From positions 62,001 to 126,000 of the forward strand of contig JAQGDQ010000070.1 in the NCBI GenBank assembly GCA_030141605.1: a stretch of 64,000 nucleotides of DNA, written 5' to 3'. The stretch is from Tubiluchus corallicola (lineage: Eukaryota > Animalia > Priapulida). Both the position numbers and the translations under genes were made by a program. Positions 13,540 through 26,470 of the stretch are shown piece after piece; within the stretch, counting starts at the first letter, position 1, and each line of letters opens with the position of its first letter. The notes under the pieces were generated by a model. That model was not told where the DNA came from. It saw only the letters and a list, made by a program, of their open reading frames with translations, and ran no database searches.

Positions 13540-14854
13540 CAGGGCACTTTATTTATGACTTTAGTCATAAATTGCATAAATAGCTTATTTAATACTAATT
13601 TCAGATTTTATTTATGACTATTTATGACGTGTCAAATTTTGACCAAAAATGCCATCCTGAGCTAAAAGAAATACATATTTTTAATCAGAATCTTGTATTT
13701 TGCCTTTCTTCGTTCTTCATTACATTAAAATGTAATAAAAATGTCTACTTTCATCATTCCAAGGCCTGAAGTTTCTCGTATTGTTTTGCATGCAGGCATC
13801 CCTCCAGACTGAAATCCGTGATCGTGTTTATAATAATTATAGTATCGGTTTTAATTTGTTTAGGATGACCTATAAAATTACTGCTCATAAAAATCAATCT
13901 ATTAATTAATTCGTACAGTCACAATTCGTAGCCACAATTAGTACAAGTAAATAATGTATTTTTTTAAATATCGATTTTAAATTTAATGTTGGAAAATACT
14001 ATTGGCTATTACATCTTTCTAGGGAACCGTCACGTATGTTTTCTAATTAAAATTGCATTAAGCAAAATAACTAAACAAGAAAAACAGTTAAATTTTAATG
14101 ACAATGAAGCAGCAAATTCTCCCAAAGATAAAATATGCTCAAATTCTAGCAGACGGCATTATTCTTATTTCTTGAGGATGAGGCAGTAAGGCACGGGAAA
14201 CGCTTGCGGCAAACTCGAGCTAAAACCTACACCCAAGCCATTGACTTACGCCGCTTAGGGGTAAGCATCGAAGTTCGGTTCGATTCGAATTCGAAAGTCA
14301 CAAATTCGGTTCGATTCGAATTCGCTTTCTGGTAGAGAATGCTCACCCCTAACGCCGTTAGGATGAGAAAGGCACTGAAATGAACGTGCAAAGAAAAGAA
14401 TTAGAAGTGTAGATTTCTGTTATTGTGCAGAGCGTAGGTTTGAGGCGCAGAACTTTAGGACATTAAAATAGGTAAGCTGTCTTTAATTCAAATTTTCGAT
14501 GGAACGACAACGATTCTGTCGGTGCCTATTTATTTTTTCGCGGTAACGCGCTCATTTACTTTTTATTATTTAGGTTGCTTCTAGACGAGTTAATGACAGA
14601 TAAACGCATCAGTTAGACAGTCTCAGTTACTGTGTTAGTCCACCAAACAGTCACGCGCAAGCTTCTTATGGACTGCCTGTGTGTGTGGGAGAGAGAGAGA
14701 GAGAGAGACGGTGGAAACAGTTTTCTGTACTGAATTTTTTGTTCCATTCATCGGGAAATGATTATTTTTCTTTCGTTATTTATGACAAATTTGAAATCTT
14801 ATTTATGACTATTTATGACTATTTTGCAAGAAAAGTCATAAATAAAGTGCCCTG
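13540..14854. mobile_element. Non-autonomous DNA transposon (hAT-like), 1.3 kb
   Basis: Perfect 23-bp TIR CAGGGCACTTTATTTATGACTTT / AAAGTCATAAATAAAGTGCCCTG and perfect 8-bp TSD GTTATACA at 13532-13539 and 14855-14862. Confidence 0.9.
14256..14351. mobile_element. 96-bp hAT-type MITE nested in the 13540-14854 element
   Basis: TIRs TAGGGGTAAGCAT / ATGCTCACCCCTA, 8-bp TSD ACGCCGCT / ACGCCGTT, and subterminal TTCGAATTCG repeats. Confidence 0.8.
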
Positions 14855-15228
14855 GTTATACACCATCTCAGAAACTACAAATACATGTAGGAGGCTGAAT
14901 AACGTATAACTGTATACAGCCAAAAGTAATAATATCCCTCTTCTCTTTCCACGTGAGAATATTCTTGTAATGACAAAAACATGACTCTGAGGAAGACCAG
15001 AAGTACGCAGGTGCAAATCGTGTAATCATAGGCACCTTAACACAAATAATATGTAGTAACAATACGTTGGAAGTTTTCAGTCTGGGGAAACAGTTTGAAT
15101 AACTTTCAAGCAGCAAACTGACTAACGTTATGGCACAGTTCATGTCTGTCAACAACTTCATGCATTCCTTGCGTGTGCAAAATTTAGTGTTGAAATCGAG
15201 TGATGTTTAACAGACAGGGTAATGCGTT

Positions 15229-15236
15229 TAAGAGAG

Positions 15237-15314
<78 letters not shown>
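15229..15314. repeat. (GA)n microsatellite
   Basis: Long GA dinucleotide run. Confidence 0.95.
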
Positions 15315-15318
<4 letters not shown>

Positions 15319-18300
15319 ATAAGAAAGATGGCCTTGAACAACGTGAGGCTTTTGAAAGCCTTTTTTGTCATGAGCCCATTTCTATATTACTGCTTAATAG
15401 CAGGGAAAAACTTAGCATGAGCACAGCTGGTACACTGAGGGTTTTGATTTCCATGCCAAACAAAGGACTGAAAGAACTAGTCCTCTAGCCCCCCGGCGTG
15501 TCAGGGTTAGAGAACTGAAGGGAACAGACAGTACAGCTACAGTAACTGTACCAAAATATCTAGTGCATCAGATTTAGTTAGATTAACGTGTGAAAAGTCT
15601 AGAGTGCTTCTGAATCTAGCTCCAAGATTAAAGACTGACCACTGAAACAACCACAACACTGGCGGCTCTACAAATACTTTCTGCATCCAAGTATTATAGA
15701 TTCCTTTAATTAACTTGGCAACAAACATGCCTTGAATTTAATGTACGTTTCATCCTGATTACGAAGGTTCGCCTCACTCTATCACGACTGATCTAGTAGC
15801 AAGCGAATCTAATAACAGTTAATTCTCCAATTCTCTTACTAGCAACCTAAACATACTTTCTTTTCTCATGCAAATTGGGTTGATGACTGGAAAATAAGCA
15901 GCCGAAGGCGGGTAATAAACCAATTTAAGCACAAATACTGGGCTAAAATAACAGAGTCTTTGTGTGAGGCAATTCATTTCACTTTCTTTTATTCCCTTCT
16001 TAAATGTAAACCAATTAACAGGTGGAATGTCGTCGGACATGTTGACAGAAAAAGCTACTATATGCAGCAAATAATGTAATAATAAAATGTAGCATAAAAA
16101 TATATACGCGATCAGTTTTTTTGTATATGTTTTCAGTAAAATAATTTTCTTAGCTGGTTAGTCATCGTAAACACACTTTAAATATGGTTATCAAATATTT
16201 CTGCAAAACCGCTGGTCAGTTGTTTAGTAATTAGTCTTAAACGAAGCAAATAATCTATTCTTCTGTTATTTGTATAGTAAAAACACCCACGGTGAAAACA
16301 AGTGCACAGATTTACAAAACTTTTTTTACAAAAAATTGCAGTGAACATAATAAAGAAGAACTTTGTATGAGTAGGCTAGCTTATAGTTAGTATGTACCAA
16401 ATTATAGGAAATTAAAGCTTTATATAGTAAAGTTCTGGGAATAACAAATATCGCATTGGTGATCATAACTGTCTGGCGAACATGGGTTCGAGTCCTATTA
16501 GGCGCCAGTTTTTTTAATCCTTTCGTTTCATTTTTCTTTATAAACAGTTGTAGAAAATAGTAAACAAGTTCTTGCATAATTTGCAGCCCGAGCAATTTTT
16601 CCAAGTTTTAGTGATGCTTAGAGTTGGTGCCAAGTACCATGTAAATTTGTAAAAGTGATGGTGCATTGGATAAGAGAAACAAAAAGGGTGACAATTTGCT
16701 GCCTTGCAAGACACCGCAAATATGAGAGAGTACAAATGTCAGTAAACTCTTAACACACAAATTTAATATCTGAACTGAAAAACTGACACAAATTTGACAA
16801 AAAACATAGACTTTACCAAGAATACCATAATCAGCAGGTAGCAAAAGCCCATGGTTAGTCACGAGTTTACCACACACTGGCCAGGTAGCATTATCGCTAA
16901 TGAGATAACGATATACCTGAATAAGAAAATTGGCTGAATCTGTTTAAGAAAGAAAGCAAGCAAAAGTCTTGTATTACCCGACGACCTACATATTTCGAAG
17001 ATTACAGGTGAAATTTTCACCTAGATTTTTGTGCTTAATTGGCGGTGAAGCATCAAAGAAGCAGAGTCAATAATAAGCACAAAATCTCTTATATACGTCC
17101 TTGCAAGAATTCTTGTCACTTTGAAGTGTTATTTAGCATTTTACACTCTTGTCTATACGTTAGAACAAACCAAAAGTGAAACAAGCAGGCAGTTTTAAAA
17201 TGACCTCTCTCTCTCTCTTCTGTCTTTCTCCTCTTTCTCACCAACACCTCTACCTACTAGTTTTTTCCTCCCCTCTCTCTCTTTCTCTCCTCTCTTCCTC
17301 TTTCTTCTACCTCTCGCCTTCCGTTTTATACACTGGCTTCCTTTGTCTGCCAGCCTCTCTCTGTCTCTCTCTCTCTCTCTCCCCCCCCTCCCTCATTCGC
17401 TCCCTCCCCTCTCTCAGCCTCAATTTATGCAGTCTGATAAGGATTCTTTCTAGTTCATAATTCACACGTTCTCTCACTAGTACATGCATCCTTCGTAACA
17501 CCTACACCTAACCAGTACAATCTTCTATTGTCCAGTAAAAATGTTCGTTCGTTTAGTGAATACTCATTCTACTTCTAGACATTAAATTCACTAAACAGAC
17601 TACTCAAGGACGCCAACCATAGATTTACCTAGTAACACAGAACTATCACATTTTAGCTGAATGTACTCAGTATAGTGTGAAAATTAATAACTATTTGAAA
17701 AATACAAGTCTATTTCTAAAGGTTGTTGTGCTGATCAGACGGGACTCATTACACACGGAGCACCTGTGTGTAAAAAACGAAATCTGTGATGTAAAGAAAA
17801 TCCGTTGTATAGGCTATATCGGTTTAGCATATCTGCTGAATCTGGCCAGCAGGTAGATGGGTGACTGCTCAGAAGATTGTTTACTTCTCTGGTTGGTGTC
17901 TTTGAGTTTTTAATACAAAATTTTCTTTAATCTGAACCAAAATTAAGTGAACACTGGTTAAAAATGATGTTGAGGTTCAAAAACCGATTTCACGTTCGTC
18001 TCCACGCAAAACTTTAAAAACCAAAAAAAAAGGCAATGACAACAATAACAACCGTAATAAAACAACGCTGACAACAACTGCAACAATTCCAACACCAACA
18101 ACATGAAATCAGAAATTCCACTGAACTACGAAAATTACATAAATTGGAAAATGTTAAAATACACACCCATACTCCAAGGGTCCCAGGGCATTACATCATT
18201 TTGATTTTAATGAAATTAACATCATAACAGATTAACAGTATTAAATCATGTGACTAAAAATCTACAATTACACCATTTACACGAGTGATTGTAAATCTCG

Positions 18301-18485
18301 TATGCTTTTGAATACTAATGACAACGTTTTTACCAAATGTTGTATTTATGTTATTTTTTCACTTAAAATTTTAAATTGTTGTATGCAAGTTCGTGAAACA
18401 AATGTACTTATTTTTCTTGTTTAAAGTTTATTTCACAATAATGTTACGAAAAGATAACATTTACACTAAAAGACTAAGAAGTACA

Positions 18486-18587
18486 TACGCACGCGCACAC
18501 ATACAAACGCACATATGCGCACACGCACGCACGCGCGCACACACACACACACACACGCACACAGACACGCGCACGCACACACACACA

Positions 18588-18618
<31 letters not shown>
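18486..18618. repeat. (CA)n/(CACG)n microsatellite
   Basis: Imperfect CA/CACG run. Confidence 0.9.
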
Positions 18619-19739
18619 TATATAAAGAGACATTCAAAGTTTCGTGTACTTTTTCTCATTATCAGTACAGCAGCCCTGACCTAAACAGCAGCGCGTAAAA
18701 ATGCGGAAAACAACACTTCAAGCGCAAAAATTGTCACACATGCATCTAACACGCGCTACTCACAAAAGCAGTAATAAATTGAACAGGAAAAAGCCACAGG
18801 CCGAGAAAGAGTGACCTGGTGACCTAAACGTATACGCGGGACTTGAGCAATGAGCCAATGACCAATCGAGAAAATTGTTCTAAATCTGTTTACAAGCTGG
18901 GTGTTAGGAAATTTGCATAGGGACTGGATTAACACACACCAAAAGTTGACATGCCTAAACTAATTTCACACCTGAAATCTCGGAGTACACGTGTGTAGTG
19001 CTGAGCGCAGTAGTAATAATTTACCAAAAGCTACTTATTTACTATTTTTACCGCTTTTGCAGCCGTACTATTCTAAGTTCTTAGGACTTAGGCTGATCGC
19101 AATATCTCAGCAAAAAACATCAGTCTCAGTAAGAAGCAAACAGAAATTAAAAACACAAAGTTGGCGGCGGGCACAGTGACAGCCAACCTAGTCATGGATA
19201 GTATAGTAACCAAAAGTTCTAGATGGTGTAAGATAGGCAGCCCAGTGTGCATCCAGTTGATTTTTGTAACTATTTGTGCCCCCCCCCCAACCGAAACCTC
19301 AAGCGCTAGTAAAGCGCTAAACGTTCGTAATTCTTAAACAGAAATGGCTAAATGTAAGGTAAGACAAAATGGACAAAAATCTACCCGAATACTGTTAACA
19401 TGCTCGCAAATCCCACAATGCCAAGAATCGGTGCTGACATTGACCCCCCTTTAGTTCAATTTTTGTTGTCATACTTCATTAATTCATGTTTATTCACAGG
19501 TCTTGTTCTGGCGTGAAATCATGGCAAAAACCTTCGTGAAAAACTTCCCCAACATTCCCTGCATGTTTAGAATTTGAGCTCAATTGGCCAGCAACTGTTT
19601 TCAAATCCAATTAAGCCTTGAATCAGCGCTGGTGAATCAGACGTAAAAGACAACATAAAACCTAGTAGAAATCACCACACTACAGCGCACAAAAACTCTT
19701 CAAGACATTGTTTAATGTTTGCGTAAGACACTCACTTAC

Positions 19740-22700
19740 CTCGTAGAAAGACTTGATAGCCTGGAGCAGTATGTCGAAGTTTTGTATTCGTGCGTTGATG
19801 CTCTGCACACATCTGTGTACCGTCCTTCCAGATGGTCGAGGGTCACTGCAATGTCAAAACGTTCGTAAAATGAAATTTATACACCTATCAATAACGTAAC
19901 AGTTGTGTAAAATAAACTGTTCCAAACTGTCTACCCAGTACAGCATGCACAATGAGATCACACAGTAGGCACACAGGTACATAGTTAAAACATTAAGGCA
20001 GGTACAAACAAAATCCAAATGAGACTAGGTCTATCCTGTGTACGTTAAAGAAAAGGTGCATCTATAATACCAAAAATGTTCTTCAAGATTCTAACAGCAA
20101 AGGTGAGTATAGAAAACGCATTTTAACGTTTGCTGGATAGCTTTTAGCTGATCCATACTCAGCCGTTACTGAATCCAGGCGCCTTATATTCAGCGAGATC
20201 GGATTTGTATCCTTAAGGTTAATAGATAGACAACAATCGGCAAAATGTTGCAAAACAAAAGATAAATCACTAGGGTCATCTACTGAAAGGATACAGAACT
20301 ACTGGAGGGTTTCAAAGTTACAAAAGTTAATGTGGATGGACAATGCCCAGTGGGCATGCAGTGTAAATGAACTGTGCTAGCACTGCACAGATATCTCAAA
20401 AAGATACTGTGCATTAGGTGCAATCTAAATAGATTCACAATTAAAACTGGTTAGGGCGATCAAATTTAAATACGGCAGCAATTCATTTTTAGTTCTTACT
20501 AATTTCATACGTGTAGAATGGTTTGTTGTGAACCCTTTCGCTTCCACTCACTGCACAGAATCTAGTTGAAAAATTGGCATTCTGCATCAATTTATGGTAA
20601 TACCAATTTTGTTGCACTCTATACAAGTGCTATGCTTTTCGTGACAGTAATGGCAGATCCTTTTTCCTTATCAAGTTAAGATAAGTCTAAACATCCTGCA
20701 CCAATGTATTTCAAGCTTACAGTACGGAAAAGTAATGTGTAAGACGGTATGATATCGCAACCATAACGTTTCTGCCCCAAATTTTACGTTTTGAAACCGG
20801 GACAATGGTTGTTAATTAATTTACTTTAAATTCACCTTTGCCTTTTACCCTTTAGTAGACAGGTAATTACTCTTAATACCACTCGTTAGCGCGGTTAAAA
20901 AGAACTTTAACTGCTTCTAAGAGCATCAAACTAGAAAGGAGAATGCGAGGGCGACTTCTGCACCCAAGTCGACTACTGTTATTATTGTGCGTGTAGATTA
21001 GCTTGGAAACTATTCCCAAAGCTTTATTTTTCCAAGAGCCTACTTGAGTTGAAACACAGCTGCTTAAGTGTGGCTTAATTCTTACTTGAAAAGAAACTTC
21101 GTTTGTACCACCGTAGCTAACTTCGCTTAGCCTGTGCAAATAAATAGAGCTTATTTTCTCAGCAATGCACAAATCAATAACGGACGTAGTATAGTAGCAA
21201 CATTAAGAAAACATCGTGTTGATGAACTCAAGACGCTGTTTGTTTTCATTGAACTACTTGCTGAAACAAATGTTCTACAATGTATCTACAGCTCACTCTT
21301 GATTTGCTAGTTTTACCGTAGGTTTTAAACACATTCGCGTTAATTGCTAGCTTCTGCAGAGATGTATAAGCTTCTAAGCCGATTAAGCTGAGAGTGTGAC
21401 ACCAGTGATTATATATTGGTGAGTTTAGAAACTTTGAAAGTGTCTGACTTTTAGGATTTTATATAATACCTATCAGAAATAATGGCAAATTTCGCGATAT
21501 GAGTTATGAATTAAAAACTCAATTACTTTAATTATTTTTTTTAATTAATTCATTAATTTAGGATCTATTTATTACACTCTAAAGCATAAAAATGCACTTC
21601 AGTATTACAATAAATTAATTTAGAAATCGTAAGTACAGTAACAATATCCACATATATACATACACATTTACAAAATCACATAAAAAATCACAATTTCTAA
21701 TAAAACTCAAGACTGGTGTACATATTGAAAAGGTATAAATTATACTTTTCTTTATAAAAAACATTATACACTTAAAATTAATAAATGTGTTTCACAGCTT
21801 AAGGAAATGTTTATTACTGAGAGCATCAGCAGCTGACAGTATAAAATTATTTTTATGTCTACTTGTTCTCAGGATGAACTGGTAACTGCTGATAATTATC
21901 AATCATTTAATCATTTTTTTTAAATTTATTGTCACTATTCTTCTCATTAAGATAATTCACATAATTAACTGGGTATTATCATGAGGCCAAGTTTTGACAA
22001 ACTTGCTTGTTACCTATGATGGTTAGTTAGTTCTAAAGAAGGGCTAAATTTCACGAGCACAGCTATCATCATCATTATCATCACTATCGTCGTCGTCATC
22101 AACATCATTACCATCGTCATCACTTAATCATTATCATTAGTTTTTACAGCATCAAAGCCGACTTCACAGCTTTATAGGCGTTGCCACGACCAGGAAAACG
22201 GGGTATTGTGAACCATTTTAGGGTAATAAATTTCAATTTTTTTGCAGCCAATCAGTCAAGATAAGCAATTATGTAGGCAAAACATGCCTAGTGTTTACCC
22301 TTCTGACATTATAATGATAATGACGACTTGTAAACAAGACAGGTCTGTAATCACATAATTAGCAACGCTATTAATCATCATTTAGCGTTTGAAAAACGAG
22401 CGGTACTCAGCCTAGTTTTAGAACAATAATGGGTTAAACACAGGAGCACAGTGTTGTCTAAATCACACTTGTAACAAAGATTACGCATGAGTCATCATGA
22501 TGATCTAAACCGGTCACTGTATCAAGTCTGTAGTCCATTAATCATAGTTTCGCGTACGAATTGTAGCGTACGTAAATAAAGAATGTACAAAGTGTTAATC
22601 CCTGTAACATCAATTGACGCACGTACAGAGATAGCTGCCTGGCTTATCACAAACTACATTAAACCCTGGCAGCCGTGAGTGAAGATTAGTTTCATTATGA

Positions 22701-25582
22701 GCAGAGGCGTGACCGACGAATAATGGTTGATTTTAATTACAGTAACATCAAACTGCCAATTGAACTAGCAAATAAAAGCACTGTATCAATGTAGGCCCAC
22801 TGCAAAACGTATTATTAGTGCGCACGCAATTCATAATAAAAAATGTTTTTACTTTGTATACATAGGATATATTTTTGTTTTATTCTCATTATATGCATTT
22901 TAGCCTGTATTTTATGTTAACTTAACTTTAATCTATGGACTAACTTTAATCCAAACTGAAATAAACTGAATTGAATTATACTTGATCATGGTTAAAAGGC
23001 CTTTTGTTGTGGATGTTGTCAAACTCGCTTGCCCTACTTTTGCGTAAAAAATACCGCTGTCATTATGTTTTGGTGATAACCGAAAAACGTCGATGTTGTT
23101 CAGACGTAGAAACTTAAAATTTTGGACTGTCCTATAAAATATTTCCAATTTGCCATTAATTTCACAAAACAAAAACAAAGGAACTATTGTGGATATGTTA
23201 GTATTTGAGAGAAAACACACGAAAATATTAAATATTAGTCTATGACGAATATAAAAACACAATGAGTTTATTTAAGATCACTTGGTGTTACAAAATTGAA
23301 ATTTTAAACCCCTAGGTGTTTGTGTCCTCCCATTTGTTATACTCAACATTCAGCAGAATCTACACTCAGTATGCAGCTACCGTAAATTCCTACACCACAA
23401 CAGTAGTTAGTACATGTACCACACTACCAGACACAAAATTTAACAGATGCCTTCAGCTGACATTCAAGCAGCCCAGCGGTTTCATTAATAGATCCTAAAC
23501 TGTGTCATTAAAAGGAGGAGAACTAAGCTTACTGGTCGCCCACAGCTCATTAGCAAATTGCTAAATTTATAGGTTATTTGGAGAGTTACAAGTGCAGTAA
23601 ATGGGATATGCATATACCATTGTCACCATCTGTCATGCTATCCTCATGCAGCATGGTCCACTTCATTCGTGTGCCCAATAATGACTGTGTATCAATGTGA
23701 ATTCTCGGACTAAAGAAAATACATTGGCTGCTATCAGTGACAAAAAATAGGAAATGTTCTTTGACGACGTTTTTAAAGGCTCAGCAGTAAGAAGAGAAGG
23801 TCCAAGTTCAATGTTTGGCTGTGAGTGAATTTTTCAGTGTTCGTTTTTCAAACCAAGGATACTTACCAATACAGAAGTATCCATCTTATTAGTAACACCT
23901 TGCTAGTCTAAACACACTATGTAGTTAATTATTTTTATACTTTTAACTAAACCCAAAAGCAGCAAGATGGCCCAAGATGCTACTGTAACTTCAGAATGTG
24001 CCCCTTCAGTTATTCATTTAACTTGTTTTCTAATTTGATTCTTCTTACGTTATTTTTTATTTAATGCCTGAATTCCTTACGGTTTGTGATATGTCCGATC
24101 AAAACCAGAGCAGGTAACTACCACACTAACGTGTACCACTGTTTAATATTATAAGGCATCTTTGTTCTAAGAGCTATAATTAGCCTGTGACAGTGATCAG
24201 TTACATACCAATACCCAAATTCACTGTCACTGATAACTACATAAAACGAATATAAGCTACTCAAGAGTGGGACTGGGCACTAAATCCCCATTCACGTTCA
24301 CGCACACACAGTGCACCTAGTCTCGGGATACGCGTTAAATGTTCTACCTAAGCTTATTTCCAGAGCTGTTAATGAGCCATAGAATAGAAGAATGCAAGTA
24401 CATATAACGCTAAGTAAGAGGCTACCACTTGGCAACTTTATAGGCTTCCACTACTAAATGAATGAGGCCATAAACAAGCCACACAGCATCTAATTGTGCA
24501 AACCTACCCATAACAATTCTCTTGCGGAACATCTGTTCTGCTGTTTCTGTTTTCTAAATACATTGGGTGCTAATGTGTCATGTGGCGGTAGAAAATACAA
24601 ACACAGGTTCTAAAATCTCTACTACACACACGGAATCTTCTGGCTTATAGTATGGAAGGATTAGTAAACGTCTGAATCTAGGACTTCACTTTTTCACGTA
24701 CAACTTTAACTTCTAGGAAGTAAAGTAGTGAAAAGAAGCTGCAAGTTTTTTAATTAAGCATAATTTATCTTAGCATGCTATTTGAAAGTTGTTGTTTTAC
24801 AGTGTGTGTGTGTGTGTGTACATATTTATGTTGTTATTGGCTATTTTGGAGCAAAATTACAAAGAATGACTAAGTATTTATAAGGAGACAAAGCACATCA
24901 AATTTGAAATCTAATATCTTAACATATGCATGTAAAAAATGTTAGACAGTTTTGCAATTATATAAACATAATACATACATTTGAAACATGACATCATTGA
25001 GATAGACACCCTCCGCCAAGTCAGGAAACATCAGCGGTTCATTACCAGTGTTGAATGTTTTAACCTGTAACATTTAATGTAACATTCCATAATTTTGCAA
25101 TAGCGTGAAAGTAAGTCACACAAAAATGTTGTAAAAGAATGTACATTTTTGAAAAATGATAGAGTGTTGCAATGCATCAAGATAGTGGAGTCATATTACA
25201 ATTTCCGTTGTCCAACACCGTTTCCTATTAATAAGTAAACTTATTGACACAGCATAATCTTCTTAGTATTTTTTTAACATATAGGCTATCTGGTAAAATT
25301 TCCAAACAAATTTCTAAGAGAACAATTAAATATTTGTGCGCAGACCGACCAAAGAACAGAAAGTTAGATTTGCACAACAGAACAAGCAGCTCATGTCATT
25401 AAAATTTAAGTTTCTTATAATTAGATAAATGTGAAACTTGGAAATCTCACCCATTCGACAAGTGGTGACTGCATAAACGAAGTGACATCAATTGGCATAG
25501 TCGAACTACCGATCTTTTTCACCCCATTACTGAGGCTCATCTTTCCGACGTCATCACTATACACTTCGCCATTTACAGCCAT
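19740..25582 (-). CDS. CCDC88: Girdin/Daple (CCDC88 family, Hook-type N-terminal domain), first three coding exons; the gene probably continues beyond the left edge of the window
   Basis: Exons 25582-25451, 25064-24979 and 19845-19740 have GT-AG sites and compatible phases. They translate as MAVNGEVYSDDVGKMSLSNGVKKIGSSTMPIDVTSFMQSPLVEW|VKTFNTGNEPLMFPDLAEGVYLNDVMFQI|DPRPSGRTVHRCVQSINARIQNFDILLQAIKSFYE, matching the Girdin/Daple N-terminus (FMxSPLVxWVKTF...DGVFLN...IDPRP...RIQN...IKxYY). I did not find exon 4 in the window. Confidence 0.88.
21546..21900 (-). mobile_element. Highly decayed LINE 3' remnant
   Basis: Minus-strand translation LRTSRHKNNFI resembles the RTxRFKNSFI LINE C-terminal motif and is followed by an AT-rich tail with AATAAA. 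Boundaries are approximate. Confidence 0.35.
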
Positions 25583-26456
25583 TGCTTATGGTTTAGATTG
25601 TGTGCCCGAAACCAAGAGGAAGTGTAGGCCTAACTTCATACTTTGAAGACAGCCGGTTACATTAGAAGAAAATTACTGACGTTACCTGGTGGTTCAGATT
25701 TATGCAGTTATGTTATATTGCAAACGGAACTGCACTTCTTAGCAACGTGATGAAGCTCGCTGTATTGCACTGTTGGTCTGCTAAATTCAGAAGTCAGCAA
25801 CTCACTCAAAAGTTCTCAGCAAAATACATCAAGTGATACAATTATGCCAAAATAATACCTCATGAATACAAATACCGCACAAAGTTAAATCATTCCATAT
25901 TCGAAAATTTCACAAAAACTTTTTAAGTACTTCAATAACAATCTTCATCGTTGGCTCCAACAATTTTAAATTGTAGTAACAGTTTCAGGAATGCAGAAAA
26001 TGCCAGGGTGAAATATTTACTAGCTTTTAAGAGTTTTCTCACTAATAAACTCTTAAGAAGCACTTCTAAATTCGTAACAAGAACTTAGAATACACCTGTT
26101 TTACCTTTTTTTAAAGGCATCACCAAACACACAAAATATCACCAGTTAAAACACAAATCATAAACACTACACTGAGAGTCGCACAGAGTGAACTCAGTCA
26201 ACTGAGCAGGGTGCCGCAGAACAGACAGCATTAAAATACTGCACCGAAGAGAAATTCATCCGCTGTAGTAAGTGATAACCACATAAGGATCTAAGCTGTG
26301 TTTAACAAAATTACGTATTATTTTGTTCAATGGTTAAAACTAAGTTTTAGCTACTTCAAATTTCGTGAGCTTTTTTTTGATTTAGAATCTAACGACTCAA
26401 ATGAAGAAATGTAGATCCGGTAATGATCAAAAGCTTGCACAGAACTTGACATTTTG

Positions 26457-26470
26457 TCGCCACCTACTGG
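26457..26470 (-). promoter_or_regulatory. Candidate CTCF binding site
   Basis: CCAGTAGGTGGCGA on the minus strand versus core consensus CCASYAGRKGGCRS. It lies between the TJAP1 3' region and the CCDC88 start. Confidence 0.5.

Noticed and set aside
15222-15488. ER-repeat ORF and similar SL-, HT- and GE-repeat ORFs (17176, 17307, 18393, 34324, 45108, 47444-47811)
   Set aside because: These are translations of microsatellite or polypurine tracts.
16437-16507. tRNA gene (B-box GGTTCGAGTCC, ends GCGCCA)
   Set aside because: No convincing acceptor, D or anticodon stems; at best a decayed tRNA-derived SINE fragment.
16817-16916. Open minus-strand segment between AG and GT (VYRYLISDNATWPVCGKLVTNHGLLLPADYGIL) as CCDC88 exon 4
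   Set aside because: Phases are compatible, but there is no similarity to the expected ExLQQLI..LP Hook-domain continuation.
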